The notes under the pieces are model-generated. The model saw only the letters and a program-made list of their open reading frames with translations. It ran no database searches and was not told where the DNA came from. This document shows positions 49,668 to 60,243 of a DNA stretch of 64,000 bases, piece after piece. Both the position numbers and the translations under genes were made by a program. Numbering within the stretch: position 1 is the stretch's first letter; the number at the start of each line of letters is the position of its first letter. Source of the DNA: Bacteroidota bacterium (GTDB lineage Bacteria > Bacteroidota > Bacteroidia > Bacteroidales > Bacteroidaceae); assembly GCA_023415545.1 (NCBI GenBank), contig JAEZKJ010000177.1, positions 43,014-107,013 on the forward strand, given 5' to 3'.

Positions 49668-51383
49668 TTATAGTAGAATTGCAGGTATAGTTTGAGTGTG
49701 TTCTATCCATTTCCTGAATTTATAATTTGAGTAATATTGCTGATTCTCATCTATCCACTCATTAAGCATTGAAATAACATCTTCTTTATTATTTTCTGTT
49801 TTAAAATTGCTGTCAAACGTATAATAATTGACTGTCGATTTACTATTATACCATAATGAACTATTTGAATTGGTAAAACAATTTGTTACAGTAGCGTTTG
49901 ATTCTATACTATAAGCAAACTTATATGCACTCTTTACTTGATTGTTGGAGTTTTTAACATAACAATTACTAACTTGGGAGTTTGAGTTAACATTCAACGC
50001 TAACTCACCAATATAAGCATTGCTTGTGTATGTTATTAGATTATTTGCAGCACAAGAGTTCAGTATTTTACCATTTAATATTTTTGTAAAAAGGCTGTTG
50101 CTACTCTTTTCTCCACATTTTAATACTGAGTTACTAACTCTTGTATTTACAATTATTCCGGTTAAATACGTAGATACAAAAGATGAGCCACTATAAGTAT
50201 ATGTCTCCATCCTACAACTATCAATAACACAATTATCAATTAATCCATAGTTTCTATATGAAAGAAGAGAACCTTCGCTAGTACCTGAGAATATTACAGA
50301 AGAGTTGATTATATTTATATTTTTCACTATACCATTCAGACCAATATATCCAAAAAGTGCTTTGACACTGCTATTAATATTAAAATTTACATTATATAAT
50401 GAGTATCCTTTACCATCAAATATATCATTAAAATTCTCTGTTTTCGTTCCGATGATATCTAAATTTTTGCAATCATTATCTGTAAAGTATATATTGTTTG
50501 CCAATGAAAATACTCTTTGTCCATTTTCAATATAAAAGAACTCATCAAGTTTTCTTTGACCATAAACCTTATTGTTTATTAAATTGGTAAAAGCAATAAA
50601 ATCTTCCACTGTTTTAATGCTTTTTTCTTTGTTGGAATGAATTAAATTACATGAATATATATATCCAGCCTGATAATTTATGGATTCAATACTCTTTTCT
50701 ACTATCCTGCCGTTTATGTTTATTTTTAAGTTGAGAGTTAAATTATCTATGGGTGGTATGACGAAGATATAAACTCTACCTGAATCAATAGAAGAAGTAT
50801 AACTTTTAGACTCACTTTTATTTATATAAATCTCCCCATTATTTACACCTATGCTGTCTATTGTTGCAGGAACAGTCAATGTAATTGATTTAATGCTATC
50901 TTTTGGAAAATCATTTAAATTGATTTTTAAAAGTGAAAATAAGTGATTCAATTTAATATTTACCTTATCCTTATACTTACTCACGGCTTTGCAAAAAAGA
51001 ATATCTTTTAATAATCCCTCTTCATATAGCTCATTTTTAGTATATCTACAATTTGAAGTTGCGGGGTATATTGCTGTATAAAACAATGAATCAGTTGAAT
51101 TTTGATTCCATATTAACTCTTTATTGCTATACCAATATATACCATTGTAAGTGAGCTTATTATTAACATTTGTATGAGTGCCAAAGGAGTTGAATAATAT
51201 AGTATCGCTTTCATTAAAAGTATTATTATAAAATATGTCTACTCTTGAAATATTATGATCCTCTTTAATACTTGCGATATAAATTTTATAATCAATAAAG
51301 TCAATTTCATTTTCATTTGTTACACATGATATTAAAATATAACAACATGAAATGATATATAGCAATATATAAATTAGCTTCAT
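49668..51383 (-). CDS. Fimbrillin-family lipoprotein with C-terminal beta-helix (GLUG-like) domain
   Basis: Lipobox LISC with ISR/V. Fimbrillin motifs FNESDTI, LTYNG.W, TAIYP, DILFC, LNHLFSLLKI and YQAGYIY. Then IKTVEDF..LANNI..IG...FNDIFDGKGYSLYN..LFG and IxNC repeats. Confidence 0.7.
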   Translation of the reverse strand: MKLIYILLYIISCCYILISCVTNENEIDFIDYKIYIASIKEDHNISRVDIFYNNTFNESDTILFNSFGTHTNVNNKLTYNGIYWYSNKELIWNQNSTDSLFYTAIYPATSNCRYTKNELYEEGLLKDILFCKAVSKYKDKVNIKLNHLFSLLKINLNDFPKDSIKSITLTVPATIDSIGVNNGEIYINKSESKSYTSSIDSGRVYIFVIPPIDNLTLNLKININGRIVEKSIESINYQAGYIYSCNLIHSNKEKSIKTVEDFIAFTNLINNKVYGQRKLDEFFYIENGQRVFSLANNIYFTDNDCKNLDIIGTKTENFNDIFDGKGYSLYNVNFNINSSVKALFGYIGLNGIVKNINIINSSVIFSGTSEGSLLSYRNYGLIDNCVIDSCRMETYTYSGSSFVSTYLTGIIVNTRVSNSVLKCGEKSSNSLFTKILNGKILNSCAANNLITYTSNAYIGELALNVNSNSQVSNCYVKNSNNQVKSAYKFAYSIESNATVTNCFTNSNSSLWYNSKSTVNYYTFDSNFKTENNKEDVISMLNEWIDENQQYYSNYKFRKWIEHTQTIPAILL

Positions 51384-51447
51384 AATTATATGTATAATTC
51401 ATTTATAACAATACTAATTATAAAAAGTTTACTATTGTTATATTAAT

Positions 51448-51484
51448 AAAAAATACGCTGGCAATCCTTCTCAGGTGACCAGCG
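51448..51484 (-). terminator. Probable terminator after gdhB
   Basis: CGCTGG...CCAGCG stem next to an A6 run. Confidence 0.55.
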
Positions 51485-51550
51485 CATATTACAATACAAA
51501 ATACAAATACAACTAAACGAGATTTTATACTTTTGGGTATGAATAAGTAG

Positions 51551-52888
51551 TTATACAATTCCTTGAGCCATCATAGCATGAGCTACTTTCATAAAGCCGG
51601 CTATGTTTGCTCCTTTTACATAATTAATATAACCATCTGATTCTGTACCATATTTCACACATTGTTCATGAATAGCATGCATTATGCTTTGAAGTTTATC
51701 GTCAACCTCTTTTGCTGTCCAATTAAGATGCATAGCATTCTGTGTCATTTCCAGACCAGAAGTTGCAACACCACCGGCATTTACAGCTTTACCAGGGCCA
51801 TAAAGAATCTTATTCTCAATAAAGGCATCGATAGCTTCAGGAGTACATCCCATGTTAGAAATCTCTCCCACACAAAGTACATTATTATTAATTAAATTTT
51901 TAGCATCTTCGCCATTCAACTCATTTTGAGTAGCACATGGAAGAGCAATATCTACTTTAACCTCCCAAGGACGACGACCTTCAACAAATTTTGAGTTAGG
52001 ATATTTTTCAGCATAAGGCGCTACAATGTCATTACCTGAAGCTCTTAACTCAAGCATGTAATCAATTTTATCTCCTGAAATACCATCCGGATCATAAATA
52101 TATCCATCAGGCCCAGATATAGTAACAACTTTACCTCCTAGCTCGGTTGCTTTCAAGGCTGCTCCCCAAGCAACATTACCGAATCCGGATATGGCAATAC
52201 TCTTTCCTTTTATATCAATACCTTTGGTCTTTAACATTTGGTTTACAAAATATAAACCACCAAAACCGGTAGCCTCAGGACGAATTAGTGAGCCTCCAAA
52301 CTCAAGGCCTTTACCGGTAAATGTGCCAGTAAACTCTCGAGTAAGTTTTTTGTACATGCCAAACATGTATCCCACTTCACGTCCACCAACGCCTATGTCA
52401 CCTGCAGGAACGTCCATCTCAGGACCTATATGACGCCATAATTCTAACATGAATGCTTGGCAGAAACGCATAATTTCTCCATTGCTTTTACCACGTGGAG
52501 AGAAATCCGAACCACCTTTTCCACCACCCATAGGAAGTGTAGTAAGTGCGTTCTTAAAAATTTGTTCAAATCCTAAGAATTTAAGGATAGAAAGATTTAC
52601 TGAAGCATGAAATCTTATTCCACCTTTATAAGGACCGATAGCATTATTGAATTGGACACGATAACCAATGTTTACCTGAACATTTCCTCTATCATCTACC
52701 CAAGGTACTTTAAAGGTAAAAATTCTGTCTGGCTCCACTAATCTTTCAATAAGTGAAACTTTCTCAAATTCAGGGTGCTGGTTATATATATCTTCAATTG
52801 ATATTAGAACCTCTTTAACAGCTTGTAGATATTCTAATTCTCCAGGATGTTTGGCTTCAAGAGAAGTCATAATTTTACTGATGTCCAT
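51551..52888 (-). CDS. gdhB: Glutamate dehydrogenase, Bacteroides GdhB type
   Basis: GPYKGGIRF, LPMGGGKGG, DVPAGD, RPEATG and SGFGNVA. The N-terminus IMTSLEAKHPGELEYLQAV matches my recollection of the GdhB type. Confidence 0.88.
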   Translation of the reverse strand: MDISKIMTSLEAKHPGELEYLQAVKEVLISIEDIYNQHPEFEKVSLIERLVEPDRIFTFKVPWVDDRGNVQVNIGYRVQFNNAIGPYKGGIRFHASVNLSILKFLGFEQIFKNALTTLPMGGGKGGSDFSPRGKSNGEIMRFCQAFMLELWRHIGPEMDVPAGDIGVGGREVGYMFGMYKKLTREFTGTFTGKGLEFGGSLIRPEATGFGGLYFVNQMLKTKGIDIKGKSIAISGFGNVAWGAALKATELGGKVVTISGPDGYIYDPDGISGDKIDYMLELRASGNDIVAPYAEKYPNSKFVEGRRPWEVKVDIALPCATQNELNGEDAKNLINNNVLCVGEISNMGCTPEAIDAFIENKILYGPGKAVNAGGVATSGLEMTQNAMHLNWTAKEVDDKLQSIMHAIHEQCVKYGTESDGYINYVKGANIAGFMKVAHAMMAQGIV

Positions 52889-53180
52889 GTTTGTTTAGCT
52901 TTAATAATTGACAAAAAGAAATTACTTTTCATGCAAAGATATGGTATCTTTGATATTATCAAAATATTTATGGGTTAATTTAATAGGTTATGTGATAAAA
53001 TGTCATTTTTAGTATCTTGTTACTTTTATTATTAACAAACACAGAAGCATATCATTTTATAAAATATATGTTCATAGATATAGTAAAGTCTGTTTCATAG
53101 CATCTTTGTGATATATTAAGTTGCATAAAATAATAAAAATGACGTATTTTGCTCTATAACTACTTTAATATACTATTATA

Positions 53181-56147
53181 ATGCTTAGTAAATTAAAACT
53201 TAATCAGCTTTACTTTAAGGATACCTCATTTGCAAACCTTATGACCAAACGAATATTCAATGTATTACTCATTGCTAATCCGTATGATGCGTTTATGCTT
53301 GAGGATGATGGTCGTATTGATGAAAAGCTATTTAATGAATATACTGACTTAAGCCTTAGATATCCTCCACGATTTACCAAAGTATATACTGCCGAACAGA
53401 CTTGGAAACAATTAGAAAATAATAATACAGATTTAATAATTTGTATGCCGGGCTCGGATAATAGTGAAACTTTCGAAATTGCTAAAGAAGTAAAGAAGAA
53501 ATACCCTAATATACCGCTAGTGGTGCTTACTCCATTCTCACATGGCATAACGGCAAGAATGGAAAATGAGGACTTAAGTATATTTGAATATATTTTTTGT
53601 TGGTTAGGTAACACTGATCTTTTGCTCTCAATTATAAAGTTGATAGAGGACAAGATGAACTTAGAGCATGATACCAAAGAGGTAGGTGTTCAGATGATGC
53701 TACTTGTTGAAGATTCAATAAGGTTCTACTCTTCTATTTTACCTAATCTTTATAAGTTCGTTTTACAACAGAGTCAAGAATTTGCTACAGAAGCTCTAAA
53801 TGCGCACCAACGTACACTTAGAATGCGTGGTCGTCCTAAAATTGTATTAGCTAGATCGTATGAAGAGGCTTTAGAACTTTATAATAAGTATTCAAATAAT
53901 ATACTTGGTGTAATTACAGATGCTCGTTATCCCAAAGATGGAGTTACTGACCCATTGGCTGGAGTAAAACTTATGGCCGAGATAAGGAAAAGAGATCCTT
54001 TTGTGCCACTTATTCTCCAATCGGCCGAGGAGAGCAACGATATTTATGTGAAGAAGTACGATGCCAGTTTTGTAAATAAAAACTCCAAGAAGATGGATAT
54101 CGATCTTCGCGAGATTATAAAAGAGAATTTTGGTTTTGGAGACTTCATTTTTCGCAATCCAGACACTTTGGAAGAGGTGGCAAGAGTTAGAAATCTTAAA
54201 GAGTTGCAGAATATCATTTTTGCTATTCCAAAAGAGTCACTTCTTTACCATATTAGTCGTAACCACGTATCTAGATGGCTATATTCAAGAGCAATGTTCC
54301 CGCCAGCTGAATTTTTAAAGCAGATCACTTGGGATTCTCTTCAAGATGTAGATGCTCATAGACGAATCATTTTCGAAGCTATAGTTAAATATCGAAAGAT
54401 GAAAAATCAGGGTGTGGTTGCTATTTTCCAAAGAGATAGATTTGATAGATATTCTAACTTTGCACGTATTGGTGAAGGCTCACTTGGTGGAAAGGGTAGA
54501 GGTCTTGCTTTTATCGATAATATGGTTAAACATCATCCTGAATTCGATGAATTTGAAAATGCATCAGTTCAGATTCCAAAAACTGTTGTACTTTGTACTG
54601 ATATATTTGATGAGTTCATGGATACAAATGAACTATATCAAGTTGCACTAAGTGATGCTGATGATGAAACAATATTGCGAGCATTTTTAAAAGCAAAATT
54701 ACCGGATAGATTAGTCGAAGATTTTTTTGCTTTTTTTGATGTAGTTCAATCTCCAATAGCAATTCGCTCTTCAAGTCTTCTTGAAGATTCGCATTATCAG
54801 CCTTTTGCCGGCATATATTCTACATATATGATACCATATTTGGATGATAAATATGAGATGTTAAGAATGCTGAGTAATGCTATTAAGGGTGTATACGCTT
54901 CTGTTTATTATAAAGATAGTAAAGCGTATATGCAAGCAACGCGAAATGTAATCGATCAAGAGAAAATGGCTGTTGTTCTCCAGGAAGTTGTTGGAAATCA
55001 ATATGGAGATAGATTCTATCCTTCAATTTCGGGTGTTGCACGTTCTTTGAACTATTATCCAATAAATGATGAAAAAGCTGAAGAGGGAACTGTAAGTTTA
55101 GCTCTTGGATTAGGTAAGTACATTGTCGATGGAGGTCTTACTCTTAGAGTCTGTCCTTATCATCCAACCCAGGTGCTTCAAACAAGTGAGGTAGATATAG
55201 CACTTCGTGAGACCCAAACTCAGTTCTATGCACTTGATTTAAAAAATACAGGAGATAATTTTTCACTAGATGATGGTTTTAATCTTCTCAAACTATCAGT
55301 AAAAGATGCTGAAAGTGATGGTTCATTGAATTTTATAGCCTCTACATACGATCCTTATGACATGATTATAAGAGATGGTATCTATCCTGGTGGAAGAAAA
55401 CTCATAACATTTGCCAATGTACTTCAACATGATGTTTTCCCTCTTGATAGTATACTAAAATTGGTTCAACAATATGGTCAGAGTGAGATGAGAAGACCTG
55501 TAGAGATAGAATTTGCTGTAAACCTAAATCCTACTCAACGAACAGGTATATTTTATCTGCTTCAGATAAGGCCAATGGTTGACGTAAAGGCTGTATTGAG
55601 TGAAGATCTTAATATTATAGGTGATGATAAAGTAATTCTAAAGAGCCTAAACTCTTTAGGGCATGGTGTGATGAATGATATTTATGATATAGTATATGTA
55701 AAGAGTGAGGGTTATAGTGCTTCAAATAATCAGAACATAGCATACGAGATTGAAAAGATTAATAAGAAGTTCCTAGAGGATTCCAAAAAATATGTTCTTG
55801 TTGGTCCTGGTAGATGGGGAAGTAGTGATACTTGGTTAGGTATTCCAGTTAAATGGCCTCATATCTCGGCTGCTAGGGTAATTGTAGAAGCCGGACTTAG
55901 CAATTATCGTGTTGATCCAAGTCAAGGAACTCATTTCTTTCAAAATCTAACCTCCTTTGGCGTTGGGTATTTTACTATCAATTCCTATATGAATGATGGT
56001 ATTTATGATTCAGCTTATTTGGATAAACTGCCAGCAGTGGAAGAAACTAAATATTTAAGACATGTAAGATTTGACTCTCCAATTGTGGTAAAAATGGATG
56101 GTAAAAAGAAGATAGGAGTGGTGCTTAAACCTGAAAGTTTGGAATGA
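53181..56147 (+). CDS. Receiver-domain / PPDK-N (ATP-grasp) / His-swivel protein, commonly labelled PEP/pyruvate-binding domain protein
   Basis: Two REC-like domains, then GGKGRGL, AIRSSSLLED, FAGIYST, MAVVLQEVV, GLG, EIEFA and LLQIRP, with C-terminal DPSQGTHFF. No PEP-utilising TIM barrel. Confidence 0.85.
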   Translation: MLSKLKLNQLYFKDTSFANLMTKRIFNVLLIANPYDAFMLEDDGRIDEKLFNEYTDLSLRYPPRFTKVYTAEQTWKQLENNNTDLIICMPGSDNSETFEIAKEVKKKYPNIPLVVLTPFSHGITARMENEDLSIFEYIFCWLGNTDLLLSIIKLIEDKMNLEHDTKEVGVQMMLLVEDSIRFYSSILPNLYKFVLQQSQEFATEALNAHQRTLRMRGRPKIVLARSYEEALELYNKYSNNILGVITDARYPKDGVTDPLAGVKLMAEIRKRDPFVPLILQSAEESNDIYVKKYDASFVNKNSKKMDIDLREIIKENFGFGDFIFRNPDTLEEVARVRNLKELQNIIFAIPKESLLYHISRNHVSRWLYSRAMFPPAEFLKQITWDSLQDVDAHRRIIFEAIVKYRKMKNQGVVAIFQRDRFDRYSNFARIGEGSLGGKGRGLAFIDNMVKHHPEFDEFENASVQIPKTVVLCTDIFDEFMDTNELYQVALSDADDETILRAFLKAKLPDRLVEDFFAFFDVVQSPIAIRSSSLLEDSHYQPFAGIYSTYMIPYLDDKYEMLRMLSNAIKGVYASVYYKDSKAYMQATRNVIDQEKMAVVLQEVVGNQYGDRFYPSISGVARSLNYYPINDEKAEEGTVSLALGLGKYIVDGGLTLRVCPYHPTQVLQTSEVDIALRETQTQFYALDLKNTGDNFSLDDGFNLLKLSVKDAESDGSLNFIASTYDPYDMIIRDGIYPGGRKLITFANVLQHDVFPLDSILKLVQQYGQSEMRRPVEIEFAVNLNPTQRTGIFYLLQIRPMVDVKAVLSEDLNIIGDDKVILKSLNSLGHGVMNDIYDIVYVKSEGYSASNNQNIAYEIEKINKKFLEDSKKYVLVGPGRWGSSDTWLGIPVKWPHISAARVIVEAGLSNYRVDPSQGTHFFQNLTSFGVGYFTINSYMNDGIYDSAYLDKLPAVEETKYLRHVRFDSPIVVKMDGKKKIGVVLKPESLE

Positions 56148-56166
56148 TAATTAAGAATATAATGTT

Positions 56167-56211
56167 AAAAAAACAGCCTTGCTACATAAAAATGTGCAAG
56201 GCTGTTTTTTA
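56167..56211. terminator. Bidirectional terminator
   Basis: AAAAAAACAGCCTTGC...GCAAGGCTGTTTTTTT. Confidence 0.85.
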
Positions 56212-56227
56212 TATTAATGATATGAGA

Positions 56228-57562
56228 TTATACAATACCTTGAGCCATCATAGCTTTAGCAACTTTCATAAATCCAGCTACATTGGCACCTTTTACGTAA
56301 TTGATATATCCATCAGGCTCTGTACCATATTGTACACATGACTCATGAATGCTCTTCATAATTTGATGAAGTTTTTCATCAACTTCTTCAGAAGTCCAGC
56401 TTAATTTAATTGAGTTTTGAGTCATCTCCAAACCGGATACAGATACACCACCGGCATTAGCAGCTTTACCTGGAGCATAAAGAATTTTAGCATCTTGGAA
56501 TACCTTGATAGCTTCAGGAGTAGAAGGCATGTTTGCACCCTCTGAAACAGCGATACATCCATTCTCAATTAGAGTACGTGCATGATCACCATTTAATTCA
56601 TTTTGAGTTGCAGAAGGTAGAGCGATATCACATTTCTCACCCCAAGGTTTTGCTCCTTCAACATATTTACAATTATATTTCTCGGCATATTCACGAATAC
56701 GTCCTCTGTAAAGGTTCTTAAGTTCCATGATGTAATCAAGTTTCTCTCTGTCGATACCATCTGGGTCATAGATATAACCATCCGAGTCAGACATTGTAAC
56801 AACTTTACCACCAAGTTCAATAACCTTTTCGGCAGTATATTGAGCAACATTACCCGAACCGGAGATAAGACAAACCTTATCTTTAAGGTCAAGGCCTCTT
56901 GTTTTAAGCATCTCGCATAAGAAATAGATATTTCCGTATCCTGTAGCTTCAGGGCGGATAAGAGAGCCACCAAATTCGCGTCCTTTACCTGTGAAAGTAC
57001 CTGTAAACTCTCTAGTAAGTTTTTTGTACATACCAAACATAAAACCAACTTCGCGTCCACCAACACCAATATCTCCGGCAGGAACATCAGTTTCAGGACC
57101 AATGTGTCTCCATAATTCTAATAGGAATGCTTGAGTAAAGCGCATAACTTCAGCATTAGATTTTCCTCTTGGTGAGAAATCAGAACCACCTTTACCTCCA
57201 CCCATTGGAAGAGTTGTTAGTGAGTTTTTGAATGTCTGTTCAAAAGCAAGGAATTTCAAAATAGATAGATTCACAGATGAGTGAAAACGGATACCACCTT
57301 TGTATGGACCAATAGCATTATTGTGTTGTACTCTATAGCCCATGTTTGTTTGTACGTTTCCTTTATCGTCTACCCATGTTACTCTAAACTGAAAAACTCT
57401 GTCTGGAATACAAAGTCTTTCAATAAGGTTAGATTTGTCAAATTCAGGGTGCTTGTTGTACTCCTCTTCAATAGTACATAGAACTTCTTCTACTGCCTGA
57501 TGATATTCAGGCTCATTAGGGAATCTTCTTTTTAGATCCTCTAGAACTTTTGCTGCATTCAT
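56228..57562 (-). CDS. gdhA: NAD(P)-dependent glutamate dehydrogenase, GdhA type
   Basis: MNAAKVLEDLKRRFPNEPEYHQAV, GPYKGGIRF, RPEATG, SGSGNVA and EGANMP. Confidence 0.92.
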   Translation of the reverse strand: MNAAKVLEDLKRRFPNEPEYHQAVEEVLCTIEEEYNKHPEFDKSNLIERLCIPDRVFQFRVTWVDDKGNVQTNMGYRVQHNNAIGPYKGGIRFHSSVNLSILKFLAFEQTFKNSLTTLPMGGGKGGSDFSPRGKSNAEVMRFTQAFLLELWRHIGPETDVPAGDIGVGGREVGFMFGMYKKLTREFTGTFTGKGREFGGSLIRPEATGYGNIYFLCEMLKTRGLDLKDKVCLISGSGNVAQYTAEKVIELGGKVVTMSDSDGYIYDPDGIDREKLDYIMELKNLYRGRIREYAEKYNCKYVEGAKPWGEKCDIALPSATQNELNGDHARTLIENGCIAVSEGANMPSTPEAIKVFQDAKILYAPGKAANAGGVSVSGLEMTQNSIKLSWTSEEVDEKLHQIMKSIHESCVQYGTEPDGYINYVKGANVAGFMKVAKAMMAQGIV

Positions 57563-57872
57563 AAATCTATTTCTTTAGTTGGTTAAATACCATTTTGTTT
57601 TGGTGTTGCAAAAATATATATTATATCTTACAAAAACAACAAAATATAAATAAAATCGTGAAAAAAGTAATATTATGAAGAAATATATGCTTTAAAAGTG
57701 ATTTATAGTAGGTGTAAATGGTTAATATATAGCAAAATGTTTATTTATTTTTAATATTTATGCTTTTAATAGTGATAAAAAGATATGATATTTGCTTTTT
57801 TAGTAAACTTATGTTATTTAGATAACTTAGATATACAGTAGTGATTGGTTTATTACTTAAAATTCGTGATAT

Positions 57873-57927
57873 AAAAAAGTTGTCTTATCACCTTATTTAT
57901 ATTAGCTATAAAAGATAATAAGACAAC
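57873..57927 (-). terminator. Probable terminator after maeB
   Basis: GTTGTCTTAT...ATAAGACAAC stem next to an A6 run. Confidence 0.55.
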
Positions 57928-57951
57928 ACTTATTTTTAGAGTATTACTAAA

Positions 57952-60243
57952 TTACTCTTTTCTCATCTTTTTCTCATAAACAATAGCATCAATTACAGCT
58001 ATTGCTGTGATATTAACAATATCTCTTACAGAAGCTTCACAGTCAGTAAAATGAATTGGTTTGTTTAGTCCCATCTGAATAGGGCCAATAACCTGAGTTG
58101 AATCACTTATAGATTGAAGAAACTGGTAAGTAGAGTTTGCTGAGCTTAAGTTAGGGAAAATAAGAGTATTTACATCTTTTCCAAATAACTTAGTAAATGG
58201 ATATTTAGAATCGCGTAACTCTTTATTTAAAGCAAAATTTACCTGCATTTCTCCATCAATAATCATATCTGGATATTGTATATGCATCTGTTGAATAGCT
58301 CTATGAACCTTAGAAGGACTACCTACATTGTCTGCTCCAAAGTTAGAATATGAAAGCATAGCAATTACTGGTTCATGATTGAAGAATTTAACAGTATTGT
58401 ATGATAGCTTTGCTATATCAGTTAGTGTTTCAGTGTCGGGATGACGATTAATTAAAGTATCGGCAACAAAATATGTTCCTTTCTTTGAGTTAATGATGTG
58501 CATAGTTCCAAAATGATTATAACCTTCTTGAATACCTATTACTTCATTGGCTACTTTTATTGTGTTTGAATATTTTGTATACAGACCTGTTATAAATGCA
58601 TCAGCCTCTCCTGTCTCTACCATCATCATTCCAAAATAGTTTCTTTCAAACATTTTGTCTATTGATTCTTGGTAATTTGCACCTTCACGAGCACGTTTTT
58701 CCGATAGTATCTTAGCATAACGTTCACGTCTTTCCGATTCTCTGTCATGGCGTAAGTTTATAATTTCAACTCCATCAAGACTTAAATCCAACTCTTTTGC
58801 AAGTTTCTCTATTCTCTCCTCATTTCCAAGTACTATAGGATGACATATACCTTCTGACTTTGCCTCTACTGCTGCTTTAAGCATATGTGGATGAGTTCCC
58901 TCTGCAAATACGACTCTTTTAGGGTCTCTTTTTGCTGTTTCATAAAACTGACGTGTCAATTTATTCTCTTGTCCCATCAAAACACGAAGTCTTGTTTTGT
59001 ATGCTTCCCAGTCAGTAATAGGCTTTCTTGCTACTCCTGAATCCATAGCTGCTTTGGCAACAGCCATTGATACCTCTGTAATAAGACGTGGGTCTACCGG
59101 TTTTGGAATGAAATATTTTGGGCCGAAAGTAAAGTTATTAACTTGATAAGCCTCATTAACAACATCAGGAACAGGTTGTTTTGCCAGTGCTGCAATAGCT
59201 TTTACAGCAGCAATTTTCATCTCCTCATTTATTGCACTTGCTTGTGTATCTAGGGCACCTCTGAAAATATATGGGAAACCAATAACATTGTTTATTTGGT
59301 TTGGATAGTCGGATCTACCTGTTGACATAAGAACATCAGGACGAGAATCCATTGCATCCTCATAAGATATTTCAGGTGTAGGGTTGGCTAACGCGAAGAC
59401 TATTGGTGAATTAGCCATGCTTCTTATCATATCTTTTGTCAAGACATTTCCTCTTGATAATCCAAGAAATACATCTGCTCCTTTTATAGCCTCTTCCAAT
59501 GTATGTACATCACGACGGTCGGTAGCAAAGAATTTCTTCTCTTCAGTAAGTGAAGGGCGATCACTGGTAATGACTCCCTTGCTATCAACCATAAGAATAT
59601 TTTCTCGTTTAGCTCCTAAAGAGACGTAAAGTTTGGTACATGAAATTGCTGACGCACCAGCACCATTAACAACAATTTTTACCTCGTCAATTTTCTTTCC
59701 GGCTACTTCAAGTGCATTTAGTAATCCGGCAGAAGATATTATAGCTGTACCATGCTGGTCATCATGCATAACAGGAATATCTAGTTCAGCTTTCAATCTT
59801 CTTTCTATTTCAAAACACTCAGGTGCTTTTATATCTTCAAGGTTGATACCTCCAAATGTAGGAGCTATAGCTTTTACAGCTTCAATAAACTTTTCAGGAT
59901 CTTTTTCATTTACTTCAATATCGAAAACATCAATACCGGCGTAAATTTTAAATAATAACCCTTTACCTTCCATAACAGGTTTTCCTGAAAGGGCACCTAT
60001 ATCACCCAATCCAAGAACAGCTGTACCATTTGATATAACTGCTACAAGATTTCCTTTCGCCGTGTAATCATATGCTGTTTGCGGATCCTTTTCAATCTCT
60101 AAACATGGCTCTGCCACACCCGGAGAATATGCTAAGGATAAATCAGTTTGTGTACTATATGGTTTTGTTGGAACCACTTCAATTTTACCGGGCTTACCTT
60201 GTGAATGATAAAGTAAAGCCGCTTCTTTTGTTATCTTAACCAT
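57952..60243 (-). CDS. maeB: NADP-dependent malic enzyme with PTA-like C-terminal domain
   Basis: Start MVKITKE at 60243. Motifs [48 protein letters not shown] and DGEMQ. Confidence 0.95.
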   Translation of the reverse strand: MVKITKEAALLYHSQGKPGKIEVVPTKPYSTQTDLSLAYSPGVAEPCLEIEKDPQTAYDYTAKGNLVAVISNGTAVLGLGDIGALSGKPVMEGKGLLFKIYAGIDVFDIEVNEKDPEKFIEAVKAIAPTFGGINLEDIKAPECFEIERRLKAELDIPVMHDDQHGTAIISSAGLLNALEVAGKKIDEVKIVVNGAGASAISCTKLYVSLGAKRENILMVDSKGVITSDRPSLTEEKKFFATDRRDVHTLEEAIKGADVFLGLSRGNVLTKDMIRSMANSPIVFALANPTPEISYEDAMDSRPDVLMSTGRSDYPNQINNVIGFPYIFRGALDTQASAINEEMKIAAVKAIAALAKQPVPDVVNEAYQVNNFTFGPKYFIPKPVDPRLITEVSMAVAKAAMDSGVARKPITDWEAYKTRLRVLMGQENKLTRQFYETAKRDPKRVVFAEGTHPHMLKAAVEAKSEGICHPIVLGNEERIEKLAKELDLSLDGVEIINLRHDRESERRERYAKILSEKRAREGANYQESIDKMFERNYFGMMMVETGEADAFITGLYTKYSNTIKVANEVIGIQEGYNHFGTMHIINSKKGTYFVADTLINRHPDTETLTDIAKLSYNTVKFFNHEPVIAMLSYSNFGADNVGSPSKVHRAIQQMHIQYPDMIIDGEMQVNFALNKELRDSKYPFTKLFGKDVNTLIFPNLSSANSTYQFLQSISDSTQVIGPIQMGLNKPIHFTDCEASVRDIVNITAIAVIDAIVYEKKMRKE

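Noticed and set aside
51490..51513. Short (A)AATACA repeats downstream of gdhB
   Set aside because: Low-complexity 3' UTR sequence with three imperfect copies and no evident structure.
53181..56147. Calling the gene ppsA or ppdK
   Set aside because: It lacks the C-terminal PEP/pyruvate-binding barrel and instead has N-terminal receiver domains.
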